A DNA stretch of 63,482 nt, the filler included, from Rhabdomonas costata (taxonomy: Eukaryota), in the NCBI GenBank assembly GCA_019059605.1. It is 52 parts of 52 records of this genome, joined end to end, with 100 filler letters (N's around TTAATTAATTAA, not from the genome) between each part and the next. Parts side by side here need not be neighbours in the genome. Positions count along the whole stretch, not along the records: positions 62,360 to 63,482 come from JAHMHO010027485.1; 51 more parts are not named here. One strand, written 5' to 3'. The notes under the pieces were generated by a model. The model made no database searches. It was not told the origin of the DNA and was given only the letters and a program-made list of their open reading frames with translations. The first letter of the stretch is position 1. Each line of letters opens with the position of its first letter. A program made the position numbers and the translations under genes. Shown here in pieces: positions 62,722 through 63,482 of the stretch.

Positions 62722-63482
62722 ACACGACAATGAACGGATGCAAGAATCTGGACGGGATAAAAGAAAACAACACCAGAACAAAGCACCTGTGATAGCGGCA
62801 CTGGGCATTGGTTTAGACGCGTAAGATTGGCTTCCCTTCTGTCATTATACTGACCACAGCCTCTCCAATTTGCTGGAGCGCCTGACGACATAGTAACAGT
62901 GACATAATAGTAACAAGTAATATCGAACCACATGGAGACGTACCGGGTGTAAGAAGATGACAAAGGCTTGCCCACAGCTTCCTACTCGCTTTTGTTTTGG
63001 CCTTTTTTTTACTGGTCAGCAGAAAGCTGGTTTCTCCGAAGGGGACAATCTACAGTGCAGAAAGAGTACATCCGCCGCTCTCGACGGCGCGGGCTGTTCC
63101 ACTTCAATGGAAACCACTCCCCCACAGCCCCAGAGACAACCCAAAAGAAAGGGAGAAGTACAGGACATCTTACCGATGCCGCGAGATAAGACACCCCGTC
63201 TGCGACAACGCCGTACTGTCTACACCCCAGTCCCAGTTCATGGGTATATATCCCCTGTCAGTGTGCGTGTGTGAGCGTGGGTCCTTTGCAATCCTTGAGA
63301 TAAGCTTACAGATCGTAGATGGAGGTGAGTAAGGATTGATAAGCGATCAATGTCGGGTTGTATTAAGAAGCATGTATGTGTTTCTGTGTGTGTGTGCGTA
63401 AGTCGGTGAGTTCTGATGTTTTGCGAGCGCGCCTTACCGCCCTTACTGAGAGAAATTCCTACTTCGGAGGGGCACCACAACC

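Noticed and set aside
122..63480. Most ORFs in the supplied track (e.g. 136-681, 13408-14142, 23493-24095, 42079-42747, 51630-52196, 60061-60723)
   Set aside because: Antisense or off-frame shadows of GC-rich exons, or intron read-through, with no recognisable motifs.
1..63482. Apparent clustering of flagellar, trafficking and signalling genes
   Set aside because: Each lies on a separate contig; adjacency is an artefact of concatenation.

Overview
This window is not a continuous locus. It is 52 unrelated contigs of about 1.12 kb each, joined by an artificial 100-nt linker (44 N + TTAATTAATTAA + 44 N), so gene order across linkers carries no biological meaning. Most contigs come from an intron-rich, flagellated eukaryote, probably a euglenozoan (euglenid- or diplonemid-like; inference). 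Splicing exons by hand gives fragments of IFT140, a WDR34-like dynein intermediate chain, a MORN protein, eEF1B, CHMP1, glucosidase II alpha, ARL8, a cyclin, a SNF2 helicase, a voltage-gated K+ channel, gamma-COP, centrin, a ThrE-family exporter, a Kelch protein, a midasin-like AAA module and three class III nucleotidyl cyclases. Also present are decayed Ty3/gypsy pieces and one foreign, fungal-like mitochondrial cox3. G/T-only tails and fold-back inversions at contig ends point to whole-genome-amplification artefacts. The most interesting biological signal is a relaxed 5' splice site: against roughly 35 GT donors placed by hand, there are several G|GC donors and one G|GA donor in otherwise ordinary pyrimidine-tract/AG introns. 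A second signal is the high density of cyclase and sensor genes. All protein assignments come from motif recognition by eye; no database search was run.
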